Shown: positions 37,064 to 50,300 of the stretch, one piece after another
Layout: the number at the start of each line of letters is the position of its first letter
How positions within the stretch are numbered: position 1 is the first letter of the stretch
DNA from: Catajapyx aquilonaris
Lineage: Eukaryota
Assembly (NCBI GenBank): GCA_000934665.2
Contig: KZ538348.1
Span: 1 to 64,000 of the forward strand
Direction of reading: 5' to 3'
DNA: 64,000 nt
The notes under the pieces: model-generated
What the model saw: only the letters and a program-made list of their open reading frames with translations
Databases searched by the model: none
What the model was told of the DNA's origin: nothing
Made by a program: the position numbers and the translations under genes

Positions 37064-37536
37064 ATCCTGAATGTGTACTTTTTAAAGATGTTATAGACAA
37101 TAAGCAGTTTTCCCATTCACATTATAACATTGTGCAAGCATATTTCAGACTAATGTTTTACAAAAGAAAATTTTGTTTGTTCACAAGTACTTTTTTGAAT
37201 TATTACTATGCAAGAATTATGATACCTACTGTATATAGTGATTCGATAGAGGATTCGATAAACTTTTCAATGCAATTTTAACTAAAACTGCTCGCTGAAT
37301 AGGTAGGCTATACAGCAGGCAGGAACTGATGGGATGTAAATGTCGTGGGTTGTATCCACGATAGGGTACGGTATAAAATTAAATATTTGATGGATGTTGA
37401 TAACCACAGTGCAGAGACTGCAGATGCAAATGACACCTCTATTTAATGTGATCCTTTAATGTCCCTAAATTCACTCTAGAGTTTGTTCTGAATTATTACA
37501 CCTTGTAGAGCCCTAACACGTATTTTTATAAAACTA

Positions 37537-38110
37537 ACAAGGGAAGGTCACGGGGTGATAATGACGGATCTTGATGAAATTTAACATGCTAATACAGGAC
37601 AATATATGATACCCAAAAATGAAATATTTCATGCGGAGGCCCATATTTTCAAAAGTTATGACGTCTTAAAGTTCCAAAAATAATACATTTTCATTCATAA
37701 TGGGATTACATTAGCGACCACATAATTATAATGACATGAAAGTGTGTAATCAGTTTCTACACTTTTTCTCATGAGAAAAAAGTCCTACAGAACGGCTTTG
37801 TCCGTCCGTCCGTCTGTGGACAGGTATCAAGGCCTAAACCGTAAGAGATACAGAGCCGTTCTGTAGGACTTTTTTCCGATGAGACAAAGTGTAGAAACTG
37901 ATTACACACTTCAATGTGGTCTTATATGTGGTCGCTAATGTAATCCCATTAGGAACTCAATGATTATTTTTTTAACTTTAAGACGTCTTAACTTTTGCAA
38001 ATATGGGCCTCCGCATGAAATATTTCATTTTTGGGTATCATCTATTGTCCTGTATTAGCATGTTAAATTTCATCAAGATCCGTCATTATCACCCCGTGAC
38101 CTTCCCTTGT
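37537..38110. mobile_element. 574-bp fold-back element with (GTCC)n core; DINE-1/Helentron-like sequence
   Basis: Arms of ~260 bp beginning acaagggaaggtcacggggtgataatgacggatcttgatgaaattt; spacer contains gtccgtccgtccgtctgt. Confidence 0.8.
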
Positions 38111-38309
38111 AAGTTAGTTTGATTATCCAAATACCCTGCTGTATTAGCAGAAAATATAATCAGATAGTTGATTCACATGGTGAATACAGTATATTTGGCC
38201 ACACCGCTATTTTGATTCCAACCCAGTGTGCTGTACATAAAGCTTACATTAAAGAGCGATCAAGCCACAGCGCCATAAGTCTTCCATGATATACAGTATT
38301 TACATCTTT

Positions 38310-38500
38310 CCGAGACAGCCTGGAATGGTAATGTAGTGGATATTGCAAAGTCTGAGGTCCCAAGTTATATCTCCGGATCGAACAGAGGAAAATATATTAA
38401 CATTCTCATGTGGAAAGATTTTCGTGTGTTCTCTCCGTGCTCGCGAGGGCTTTTTCGGGGTTCTTCTGTTTTCTCCCACATTTCAAAAACCATCACAGCG
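38310..38500 (+). mobile_element. Degenerate tRNA-derived SINE with V/Meta-domain-like core
   Basis: Eroded B-box, then gtgttctctccgtgctcgcgagggctttttcggggttcttctgttttctcccacatttcaaaaac; relative at ~63120-63290 shares ttctcatgtg.aaaga. Confidence 0.5.
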
Positions 38501-40013
38501 CAGCAGTTGAATAAAGCTGTCATTTAAAAGTATGATCTCCTAAAAGGTCCCAGTTGGGCTGTCACAAAATACCGGTGTCCTAATACTTTAAAATATACCT
38601 TACGGTATATCTTTCAAAATGGGCTGGTCCATATGTGGCATGGTCTGGTGGGGGAAAAGTTATGTTAACATATTTAACACTGGTTCTTAAGACTGCATAT
38701 TGCATGAACATGTTTTTTATCATATCCCTCATATACCTAAACAATGCAAGATTCTATTACTGAGGAAAAAACAGCCAAAAAATTGAAGTAAATGTACACA
38801 CTAGCTTTTATAACATGAAGAGAGCAAGGGAGGAAGAGGGAAGTCGCTCTGCCATTGCCTATATAGTGTTAGAAAGGTTGATTGCCTCCCAATCACATCA
38901 TAGCTGCCAGCACTAATCTAGTGCAGTGGGTCCAAGAGTGGGTCTCAAAGCGCGGTGGGCCGCGGGATCTGGGTAACAGTCAATGACGTTCAAAAAGCAC
39001 TGAACGGTAGCCTATGGTAGGTGTGAGGTGAGAATGATTACATTATAAGAGGCTTTTCATACAGTATTCTAAATTATGGTGGCCCAAAGGCGGCCCAGAG
39101 CATTTGTAAATTGAATGATTCTGAGTTTCTATACAGTATGTACAGTAGCCTACATCCCGCCATGTTTGGATCAAAAAGGGTGAAGGTGACCAAAATAATA
39201 GTCATAATTATATGCATAAGGCGTCATTTCCATAAATGATGTAATCCATTTCTTCTTTAAAAAACTAATCCGACAAACATTTAGAATGAAATCTTGGTGA
39301 CTAAATGATGACATTAGATTTTTTGCATAGGTGGTCGGAGCCGCCTTGTTACTGAGATAAGTAGTTTTAATCATAACTGACAGCAAAACCTGTTCCTTTC
39401 TCGGTTCATGTATGCCTTGGACACTTTGAATCATGCCGAGTTCGCCGTTTAAATTTAATATCTCCGTAACGTCTACTGATCATATATTCAACCTAGAGGT
39501 TTTCTCCTCTGGTTTTAAATAAAACGATTATTGTGTGACAGCATGGAGGGTCAACATTGTAACATTACTCCACAACATTAATCTCACATGCACGAGAGGC
39601 ACGCAAGTATGTTATATAACTTATATCCATTTTTCTGAATAGCATAATAATAATAATAATGACGACGACGGCGGCGATGGACCCTTGTTATTCTAATGCG
39701 CGGCTTAGCACAATATTTGTAATAGAGTGTGCTGCAGTTGTGAAGAGAAGAGGACTAATAAGATGTAACAAAAGAGATGTTCAGGTCCGGAAATTAATAT
39801 AACTTATTTCAGTTATTTGTCTGAATATTATAATAATGATTCTGTTATTAACATAACGACAGGGAACTATCGACGTTATAATCAACAAAATATTAAGTTA
39901 ATACTTGCACAATCATAAGCAAACTGTGATATTACTTTTATGTACAATGCTTCTTTAGCAAATGTACATACATATAAACAGACATGAGCTCTATTTAGCC
40001 CACAGATTTTTAA

Positions 40014-40276
40014 TGAAGACCTCGGGGGAAGAACAATTCAACGTCCACCTCATGTGAAACTGAGATATTGCAATTTCAAATTTCGAAGGTCCATAAGGTT
40101 CCATTGTACGTCCTACTTTCGGGGCCTTCTACATAGTGCACTATGATTAATTACTCCACAATCAGGGCTAAACCATCATATTCTACACTAGTGAAACTAT
40201 CTTCTGATGAGATATGTAGGCCTAACTCATTTTTGACAAAACGTGGACCTTGATCGTTCTTCCCCCGAGGTCTTCA
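40014..40276. mobile_element. MITE-like TIR element
   Basis: tgaagacctcgggggaagaac / gttcttcccccgaggtcttca 21-bp inverted ends. Confidence 0.75.
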
Positions 40277-43200
40277 AATGTTAAATTCACAGGTAAGGGA
40301 CGTATTGCAATATTTGTTGAGCAGTGTGCTATACAAATAAAATTTTAAGTCGCACCTGAGGCTGCTGATAGAAAATAATGTTCAGTCTTAGATGCATGAT
40401 GCTCTACTGTATAATTATCTGCCCAAAGAGAAATGTACAGTAATATTATGAAGTCATAATTTGAAGGCTAATTGAATCCAGCTTGATATTGTATCTGGCT
40501 TGAACAGTGTGTAATATAACCTGTGCCCAATTCCTTGCGTAGGCCTATCGTGGATGTATCTAATGATAAGTAACTTTGATGTTGATGCAATGTGAAGCTG
40601 GAAATGGATTTGCACATATTGTTAACATTTATGTAGTGCATGATTTTATAATGTCATATTGGCGTAGAAGTGTAATTTTTAATGTAACAGTGACCTCAAC
40701 ACAGCATATTTTTAATTCATAAAGTGGATGGATCGAAATAGGAGTGGCAAATGGCATGTTATGTCAACATGTGCATGAAACTGTGGCAATCATACAAGCA
40801 GAAACTTGACTACCGCCTTCATGTCGCATTTGGCATCTCTTGCAAATAATACATTATAGCATGTTGATCACCCGAAATGTCAATTTCTGAACGGTTATGG
40901 TATAGTGATGATCACAAAGATACATTGTCAATAAATTCTCCATAAACTGCGCATTTCTTTATCCAAAAGGTGTCCCTGGAGTTTTTTTTTCAGCACAATA
41001 AAATATTGTAGTACATTTCCATATCTGCCAGGAGAAGTTTCAGGAACTTCTATTTTTACTGGCTAATAAGAATCACAACATCTAATTAGTCAAGTTACAA
41101 AGTTGAGAGGAATATACTGTACCTTGAACATGCTCTATTCTACATAATTATGTAAAAAACCTACTTGAAAATCTACCTGCACGTTATAAGAAACAATAGT
41201 CAAAGTACCCAGTATTGTACCCACCTGAATCAATCGTATAGGTAAGATTCATTTTGCAGCCTTAGAAACCACCACATTTACATGTTAAACTTCATACAAT
41301 TAACCTATGAGCAAAGGCTGTTGCAAAATGTAACATATTTACTTTGATCCATGTAGGCTCAGGGGTTATCTCATCTTCAAGTTTCAAAAAGCAAGGCCCT
41401 TAGCAATGGTAGTCTTCTACAAGTAGGACCTTTGTTTACGACTCAAGAGATTCACTGGTAAAAGGAGAGCTTCTTGATTCCAAAGTGTTTGTTTTTCCGT
41501 TGTCAAGCTAGAAGTGAACATGAGAGGCTGAAAAGTTCCCGTCGATTCAACACGAAACCTTCTGCTTTATTGATGCTCCAGCACTTCTTTTAGGTCCAAA
41601 AAAAATGATGTAGATTAAAATCAAACATTGAACGTTTATAACCGGAAGCATTTATTTCCGACGAAGAACAGAATAAGCAGGTGAAAGGCAGCTGGAGGCA
41701 TGCTCCAAGTAGCCAGAGGACACGCATTGTACACAAATCCACCGATATCGTATTATTATTATTTTATTTGTCGGATGATCGTTGTTTTGTTTTGGCCAGA
41801 AAGAGTAGAGAGACTAAGGAAGTTGAGGGGGCCATCCGGAGCGTGCCCAAAGGGCTCCATAGGCTGGGTAGCGAAGCGACCTTCGAACTCGCACCGGCTC
41901 GGGGACAGGGTTGCCGCTCTCGAAAACACTAGTGCATGTCATTATTATACAGTGGGTAGGTAGGTGGGTGGGTAGATGGGGCTGTTGCAAACTTCCCAAA
42001 CTCCTCTCTTCTGGACCACTGTCCCCAGATATTTGTCAGGCGAAAAAAAGAAATATCAGTCATTCACACTGTAAATAACAAGGCGGAGGCGTACCCCAAG
42101 GTTTGAACCTATAATAATTAATTAGTGATCTAATAAACATGAGGGTAGTGAAGTAACGGGATGCTTGAAGAAGGTGGGATAAAAGGTCGCCCTCCAGCCA
42201 CTTTTGTCATCTGCAGAGTGAGGATGGGATCGTATAGAGTGGGCAAAGAGAAGGAGCGGCAACCCGATCCCCGCCCCGGGGCAGCTTCAAGGCCGGACTC
42301 GGTGAGCTGACATCACACCGTTTCCTTGGCCCAGGTGCCCTCCGTCTACCACCAGGTTGGTGGCAGGTGCACTGAAATGACCAAGCATGAAATATCGTAG
42401 TTAATATACTGAGTAGGCATTTAAGTAGTGTTTACATGGTAACATTATCATTATCAAGAACTAAGGTGAAATAATAAGGCCTGAGCAAAGTATAGTCGGT
42501 TGACTGCGCGAGTGGCAGAGGGCACCACTTCCCCTCTAAAAGCAATTAGCAACAAACGTTGCTAGGAATATACAGAACTGTCTCCGGCAGTATATTTACA
42601 AACGTATCCACCTGGTATGCCTACAAGATGCATTTTGTGTTTCTTGCTACCTTCATCCAGATGAATCACTAATCAATGCACAATAAGTTAGTGGACAAAA
42701 GGAAATCTGTTGCGATAGTGGGTTACAAGGCTATGGAAAAAAGTGCGAGTTCGATCATCCACTGTCGGCTACTAAAGCTTACATGACATTATTAAATAAA
42801 ATTGAGAGTTACGCAAATGTAGAAGTGCATTATTTTAGGTTACATTTTTAGAATATATTAGGCACAGGAAAGTTATTTGGATATTTACAAATAATCCTTC
42901 AATTCACCAAATACATAAGAGTCACCAAACTGTTTAAAATATACTCCAGAACAATTAAATAAATGTGTTGTTGAAAACATACAAGTAGTATCCACTGGTT
43001 CATTGTACTACGTACAATACGAGCTGTTAAAATATACAACGATTCATCAATCAGTGGGAGGGGGATCTGAAAATGAGTTCAAATACATCAGCGTCTCTTA
43101 AATCCGATTTTCACTTTCACTTCGCCAAGTTCTTCAAAATAATGATTCTACAACCTACAATTCATTTACTGAAGTCCCACTATTAAAAACTATTACAATA

Positions 43201-43971
43201 TATGCTCCACTAAATGGTCTAGCATAAAACAGCTCAAAAATGATATACTGATAAACTAATATTTTAAAATTCTGAATATGCTCAAAAAATGAAGGATATT
43301 TTGCAGGGCATACAGTATGGGTCAATAACTCAATTACATAATAACAGTGATTTAAAATTAGAATTATTTCTTTGAGTGTAAAATTGCCTCTCCTGTCCAG
43401 TGAGTTTTTATTCGGAAAGAGTGAAATTCCGTTAGAGATCGAAGAAAGCGATAACTCCTTTGACGATCAAACGTAAATATATATAACCATTATTGTCATT
43501 TAGAGCAAGTTATGTTACAAAAATGTCTTATTACTGCAAAAGTACTCTATTGCATCACTTCAAAGAAAGCTACTTTTTGCATCCATATTAGGGGCGAACA
43601 TTTTATTCGGCTCATTTTCTACCTTAAATGCACGTTAAGAGGTATTACAATACTACAGCATTACATTATGATTATATTAATAAAAATAATAGCAGATTAA
43701 ATAAATATATTCAGAGTAATAGTAAAGTTACAAGAAGTATTATTGTTATTATTATAACGAGATACGTATTTGGATAATATCCAATGAACCAACTTTACAA
43801 CTTATATTATGAATCTGCAAGTAACATGCATTACAAAAGCTGATCTACTTTATCCGTTATCCGTTATTAAATGGTATTTTGACGCAAATATAAATGCTTC
43901 ATTCAATATTACACGTATTCGGTAATCTTGCTACCTTGAGATACATTTTCTAAAAAATTGAATCCCTAAGA

Positions 43972-44111
43972 GTACAAGGGTTGGGTTTTCGTTATCTTGC
44001 TGAGTCTCTCTAGCAGCCTAGTTTTGCTAATCCGGATTCTCCCATAAGTTTACTAGTAAGTTATTAACAGCGGTACTGCTAGCTAGCAGCGGGACGAAAA
44101 ACCGACCCTGT
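43972..44111. mobile_element. Degenerate TIR element
   Basis: acaagggttgggttttcgt / acgaaaaaccgaccctgt imperfect inverted ends. Confidence 0.45.
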
Positions 44112-44378
44112 TTAAAACGTTTAATGCGCTGTCGTTCATAACAAAGCCCGTACAACCGTGATTGATTTCAGACGTGTTGATGCCAAAATCGTGTTAATAC
44201 AGTCTCCAACGTCTTTGTTAGTGCAAATGAGTAGACTACAGTCACTAAGAACACCTTCGACGAGCTTTTTCTGCGATGCCATGTAGTCCTTTGGCCGTTA
44301 CTACGATAGTAGTGGTAGTAGAAGACAGTATAATGGTAGTAGAGTAGCTGCCGTGCGATGTTGCCTTGGCTGTAAGCG

Positions 44379-47300
44379 TTAGTCAACCAGAAGATGCGTG
44401 ATGGGGCGGGCCTCTTGCAATCTGGCTGCCATGTTAGACTGTCCGATCATTTCCCATCCACCCTCCCACCCACCATTGGGACGCAGAGGATGCTGCTCCC
44501 AGAGGTAGGTGTTCTTGACGGGCGAGAGGTAGCTTTCCCTGTAGGCTGATGGGCTCCTCCAGACGGGCTGCATGTAAGGGATGAAGGGGGCCAGCTGGGG
44601 GACCTCCCACCACCAGGGCTTCCGGACGGCCAGGGCTGCAGGGGTGGCCAGGGAGTCCAGGAAGTGACGTAGGGGCTTCCGGAATTCAGCAGGGCTCGGA
44701 CTGCGCGAACGCTCGATTGGCAGCCCTACAGGGGCGTATAGTACGGTAGATATGCAAAGTATAGTTGTGTTTTGTAGTAGAGGATGTGGCTTTGGATTGG
44801 GCTTACAGTTAGCAAGAGGGCGTTGCTGACCATTTGGTTACGTTTGTGCAAGGATGACCAGTAATAGCTTGGCGGAGCGTTTTCATTTCACTTATTGAGG
44901 TCTTCAATAAATGGAGGGCCTTTTCTAAGGCTAGGGTACAATGGTAGTGTGTAACTTCTTTTGATGGATCTATTTCCTTCTGCTGTATCACTTTAACCAG
45001 TGGCGGATTTCCTTAGCTCCCACAGAGGGAAAATAAAGCGTGTAAAACGGGGGGGGGGAAAGAAAAAACGGGGGGGGGGGGGGNNNNNNNNNNNNNNNNN
45101 NNNNNNNNNNNNNNNNNNNNNNNNNNNNNNNNNNNNNNNNNNNNNNNNNNNNNNNNNNNNNNNNNNNNNNNNNNNNNNNNNNNNNNNNNNNNNNNNNNNN
45201 NNNNNNNNNNNNNNNNNNNNNNNNCCCCCCCCCCCCCCCCAGAAAAAATTCCTGGATCCGCCACTGACTTTAGTACTTTACTTTAGTACACGCTTTTAGT
45301 ACTGCGACGTACGTATACGTACATAAGGAATTTCGTTCGGTTAGTGTGCATAGAACTTGTTTGCGCGATGTCCAGCTATGTTTAGAATGATTACATCATC
45401 GAATTTCATATGTCTGTCCTTACCAGACGCCAAATGACTACGATGTATATGAACCCATGAATTTCCACTTGCTCCCAAGTCCTAGAGGACTTGGGCCCTA
45501 CGGAAATTCATTGGTTAATATTATTATAACAAGTTGCACTAAATTTTGATTGATGTTAACATCACCATAAAATTGACGTGTTAATTTAGGATATGCATAG
45601 CAATAATAGTGTTCTAGGCTATCATTTTAATGGTCATCCTTGTCCAGCGCCATGGGAAAGTTGTTTTTCTTTCTGGTATTGGGAAAGTGGTATGACTATG
45701 TTATTGGAGTGGAATGAAGTTGCCCTAAATAAAACTAAACATATGTGCAAGTCTCCTTCCTATCCATACATGTCTGTACTTGGCACATAGTTTAGCTTTC
45801 CGAAGGACAGTTGTAGATGAAATGAAGTAATAAGGCATCACTCACACGGTCACACAGGAAAATAAAACGTCTACTTCCCTAGCTGTTGCAATGTAAGGAA
45901 TTTCTAACCCTCTCGCATCTAATTCAGGAGCGAGACACTTGAGTCTAGCAGTGGCTTAGAAAAGTTTTTCGGCCTTGGACAACCCCAACTATCTCCCCGA
46001 TGTCGATGGTTCAATATTGCCAGTAGAAAATGCTGATGGAATATTCAGAATAGGTTGCAGTACTTTAAATCTTTAGTGACCCGAAAGCTAACTTCTGAAT
46101 TTGTAATTTTACGTGAAATTGTTCCAGAATTACTAGGTTTTTATAGTCAGGAAACTGACAAATAAGCCTTAAAGAGGAATATACCGTAATTCAGAATATC
46201 TTTGATGTAAAATCGGGATGTCAGTTTAATAATGGAAATTAAAATTGAAGTTAACCCCCCCCCCCCCCCCGTTTCTGATTTGATAGTGAGTACTTGATGA
46301 CAATACTGTACTTTTGTCAAATAAAATTATTTGAGAATATAAAAATCACCGTTATCTTAACTGTAACATGATAAAAGGTAAATTCATTGGTTATTGCACA
46401 ATACACAAACGAGAATGTTGAGATAGCAGCAGTACATTTTTTGAACTTCAAGACATCAGATTCTGTACATGTAGGCTTACTTAATAACTGATATACCGGT
46501 AATTACTTCTTAGAAGTTATCGCGTAATGATACTCTATCATACCAATATAAACTGTTCAACTTATTTCGCATAAGCTTAGAGCTATTATCAACAGAGACA
46601 AATCAGTAAAAAGTTCATAAACCTCCAAAATTGAGGCCATCAAGTTTCTTTTAATACATTTTCTACTAGCCTGTTTATCACTTTATTTTCTGGGAGAAAA
46701 AACAAAGATAACCGATAGGTGCTTTTCTAAACCAGTATTCGCAGCCTTAGTGGGCTATGATCCCAAGTTCCGAAACACCATCTCCAATCTATTTTTATTC
46801 GCTGGTAACCCAGGCGTGTTCTTGATAGAGGCCATGGGTACATGGTTATGCCATCGCCTATGAATAGCCTCTTACAAGCCAAGCTATCTACGTGAATACA
46901 TCTTCGTCCAATACAAAAGATCGTCTGCATTAGTAGGTCAAGAATGTTTTCTTCCGAGATTAATGAGCACAAAAAATTGCAAAACTTCCGCGGTCAACAA
47001 AATCTTAAATTAAAGTCTGGAAATAGATTTGGAATCAAGTGCGGCCTGATTTCGGTGCCAGAATTTTTGCAAGCGTATAGTTAGACTTTGAAGGAAATGG
47101 GTCGCTTCCTCATAGTTAAGATATTCTTGACCTTCGCGGAAACAACATTCATTCCATGAAAAGGGGCATTATGGGTACATAGGATGAGGGGTCGACAAAA
47201 CATAAGGAAGTGTGTTTCATGAGCCTCTTCCTTTTAAAACCATCGTCTAACTGTGTATATTGGTTTCTAAAAGGGAGAGTATGAGAGGAAATGAAAAAGG

Positions 47301-50300
47301 CAGTCCGAACCACAAACAAAATTGCAGAAGGTTACCACTACGGTCTCCACACTCGCACGGGATCTATAAAAACAGAATGGAAATGGACGTGAGTATATGC
47401 ACAGGGTAACAAACGTCACTATAGCGGGAGAGCAATACAGTGCGGGTACAAAAGGATCTTACCATGCATGTGATGACATCAAAATACTGTATATGCCCTA
47501 GAGAAACAATTATGCATATTACGGTCATATTATTTTGTTGTGGGTGGGAATCAATCATCTAAACAACATGGGAATCACGCCATTGCCTCGCTGAATTTAT
47601 ACCTAATGCGATTTGGAACGTGGGCCTAATGAACACGAGTGTCATTTAGATCAGTTTTTGTTGAAAGTATGTTGTGCTTTATCTCAGGCAGAATTTTATT
47701 TTCGGTAGGTACCTGAGGAGGGTATTTCTAGGACGTTGCAAGTGCATGCAACATATTATTGCCCAAAATATGCCAGGTCAAAATGATATTATTTTTGAAA
47801 TACCCTACTCACGCATTAACCGAACTAGGATTTTTAAAATTGCATTTGTCTTATTTTTAATAAGAAATGAAATGTTTGCAGACTTGACTGTAATATCACG
47901 AATCATCCACATATAGACGAATTTGGGACTCGCAGGGCAAATATTGCACCGGAGCAGTAACTGTTCCGGTACAATATTTGCTCCGCGAACCTCAAATTCG
48001 TCGATATGTGAATACGTCTTTAAACTTACCATTAGAATCCATATACAGTCGTAGCCTACTTGATAAAAATGAACGCACCTGTGACCTGAATGAGGTGGTG
48101 TGACACACGGAGGGTTGTAGCAAAATCTAAAATGGGGTCATCCACTTCTCTCATTTCATGCATGCTTCAGAACAGAGACGGAAGTTTGCATCGGCACATG
48201 ATGAGGGCTGGCAAATGGGTTTCTGGAGCAAATGGGGGTAAGGCGCCAAGGAGGAAAGAGAAACAAGCTCCGTTTTGGAAATTGTCCAGCAGCATGCCTG
48301 CTGGTTGGAAATGGCACTAGGCCCTCTGCGTAACACTTATCACCTTACGTAACCGACCCTGCTAGGTATGTACCGGTGCTACAGTACCAGCGTTTTCATG
48401 GCCAGACAGTACGCCTCTCTTGCCACTTCCCAAGGCTAAAGGAATGATGAGTGATGAGACTACTGTACCAGCATAGTTGTAGGCAGCTGGAGAGTCGAAT
48501 GGGAGAGCATAAGAGGGGCGGAGAGGGATGGGACCAGCCAGGTCCAAGGGAGCCAAACGGTCCAACGGAGTGTCTCGATTGATAGCTCGGCGAGGAGGCA
48601 AAGAGCCTGATGGAAAAAAAGTAAAGAATGGTAGGAACATGTCTCCAAGGATGCGGCTATCTGATTTCTGGTTCAGTCTTGGTATGTCTTCATGAGCCTC
48701 CGCTTCATGGTGTCTTCAGCTGTCCTTCACTTGTCTCTCCTCCGTAATTCCATGGTGTTAGGTGCGCCAATTCAGATTGTGCATCGCAGCTTCCTTTCTT
48801 TTGCAATGTAAAATGTAATTTTGGCCATAGTTGTGTAGCACTTGATGTGCGTACATACAAGGCCTGGATTGATAGCTTCCGCTGCCATATTTAGAAATGC
48901 GCTTACGAACATTTTCTTGGCTGACATTCATCTACCCTCTTCTTTATATAGGCTGTTCTCTGAACTAAACATGGGAGAATTGTTCGCAGGTCCGAAAGAA
49001 AACATGACTGAATGCAGGAGAGGCAATTTCAACCACTGACGTAAAGGTGAACGAAGCAATATATTGCTATTTTTGTACCTTTAATGTTTATAGCCTCACT
49101 GTGTTGGGAAATAAGCAACAGGCAATCATTTTTACAAGTTCAAAAATTTAACCAGTCTCAGTGTCTTGAAAATCATAATGATGCTACAAATATTGTGAGT
49201 ATTTTAATGGGAGCATTTTCGGCCATTATTTATTACTATTATACTGTATAAAACTTGTCCTGTCATTATTATGCTGGATTAATATATTTCAAGTAGTGTA
49301 ACTACAGTGTAAAATCACAATCTGTAAAAGTCCCATCTAGTAAATTATTAGCATAATAATATATTACCGGCACGTTTTATACAGTATAATAGTAATAAAT
49401 AATGGCCGAAAATGCTCCCATTAAAATACTCGCAATATTTGTAGCATCATTATTATTTTCAAGACACTGAGACTGGTTAAATGTAATGATAACTTCACTA
49501 ACTTGAGATTCACCAGAAAAAGCAAGTAAAAAACAATCTACTGGGTATTATACCTATGTGATGGACATGCTACTAACATTGTAACGCTAAGATTGTTACT
49601 AAAATTATATTTCCGATTGAAAAATTATTATCGGTGTAATAACATTTACATGTTTCACGTTGCAATACGGATTTTTCAATACGCAATGAGAATCAATATG
49701 CCTATTCGGATGCTACGTTTTATTTTATACTGTTTTGTAACATGCTAGAATGCACTAAAAACAGGATCGCTTTCTAATATCACCCTTTTGAAAATTATAT
49801 TTTACATTCAAAATTATGTTGCAATGTTTAAGATTTGGAATATTTGAGAATATTTACGAAAGCGAATTCAAGCCAGTACAATGGTTCACAGACTTTTAAA
49901 GCTTTTAAAGATTTTGTTACTGTTTTCATGGTAGTTTCAAAGTAGGCCTATTTTATGGAGCATTTTTGAACCAATTAAAAATAAACAAAATGGAGTGAAA
50001 AGTTTACAACCCAAATTATTTATATCCTGTCCTCTTCCGAAGAGAAGGTTCGAATTTTCATTGGATGTCATCCTAGACGGTTCCGAGGATTAAACAAAGC
50101 ACTTATGTGACGAATTGTGGATATTTTTCCAAGAGGTTCAGTAGGTAGTCTACGACACAATGACTTCGTGCTGTTTGAAGTAGTGTCTATTACTCTCCTA
50201 TGCTGTAGCACACGACTCAAGGGAACATGGACATGTTTTGGAAGACAATGGTGCTACTCTGTCCTGGACGCCCATAAAAATGTGACAGCGTTACAGAAGG

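Noticed and set aside
45000..45299. ORFs spanning the N run
   Set aside because: Assembly gap inside a MITE with homopolymer flanks.
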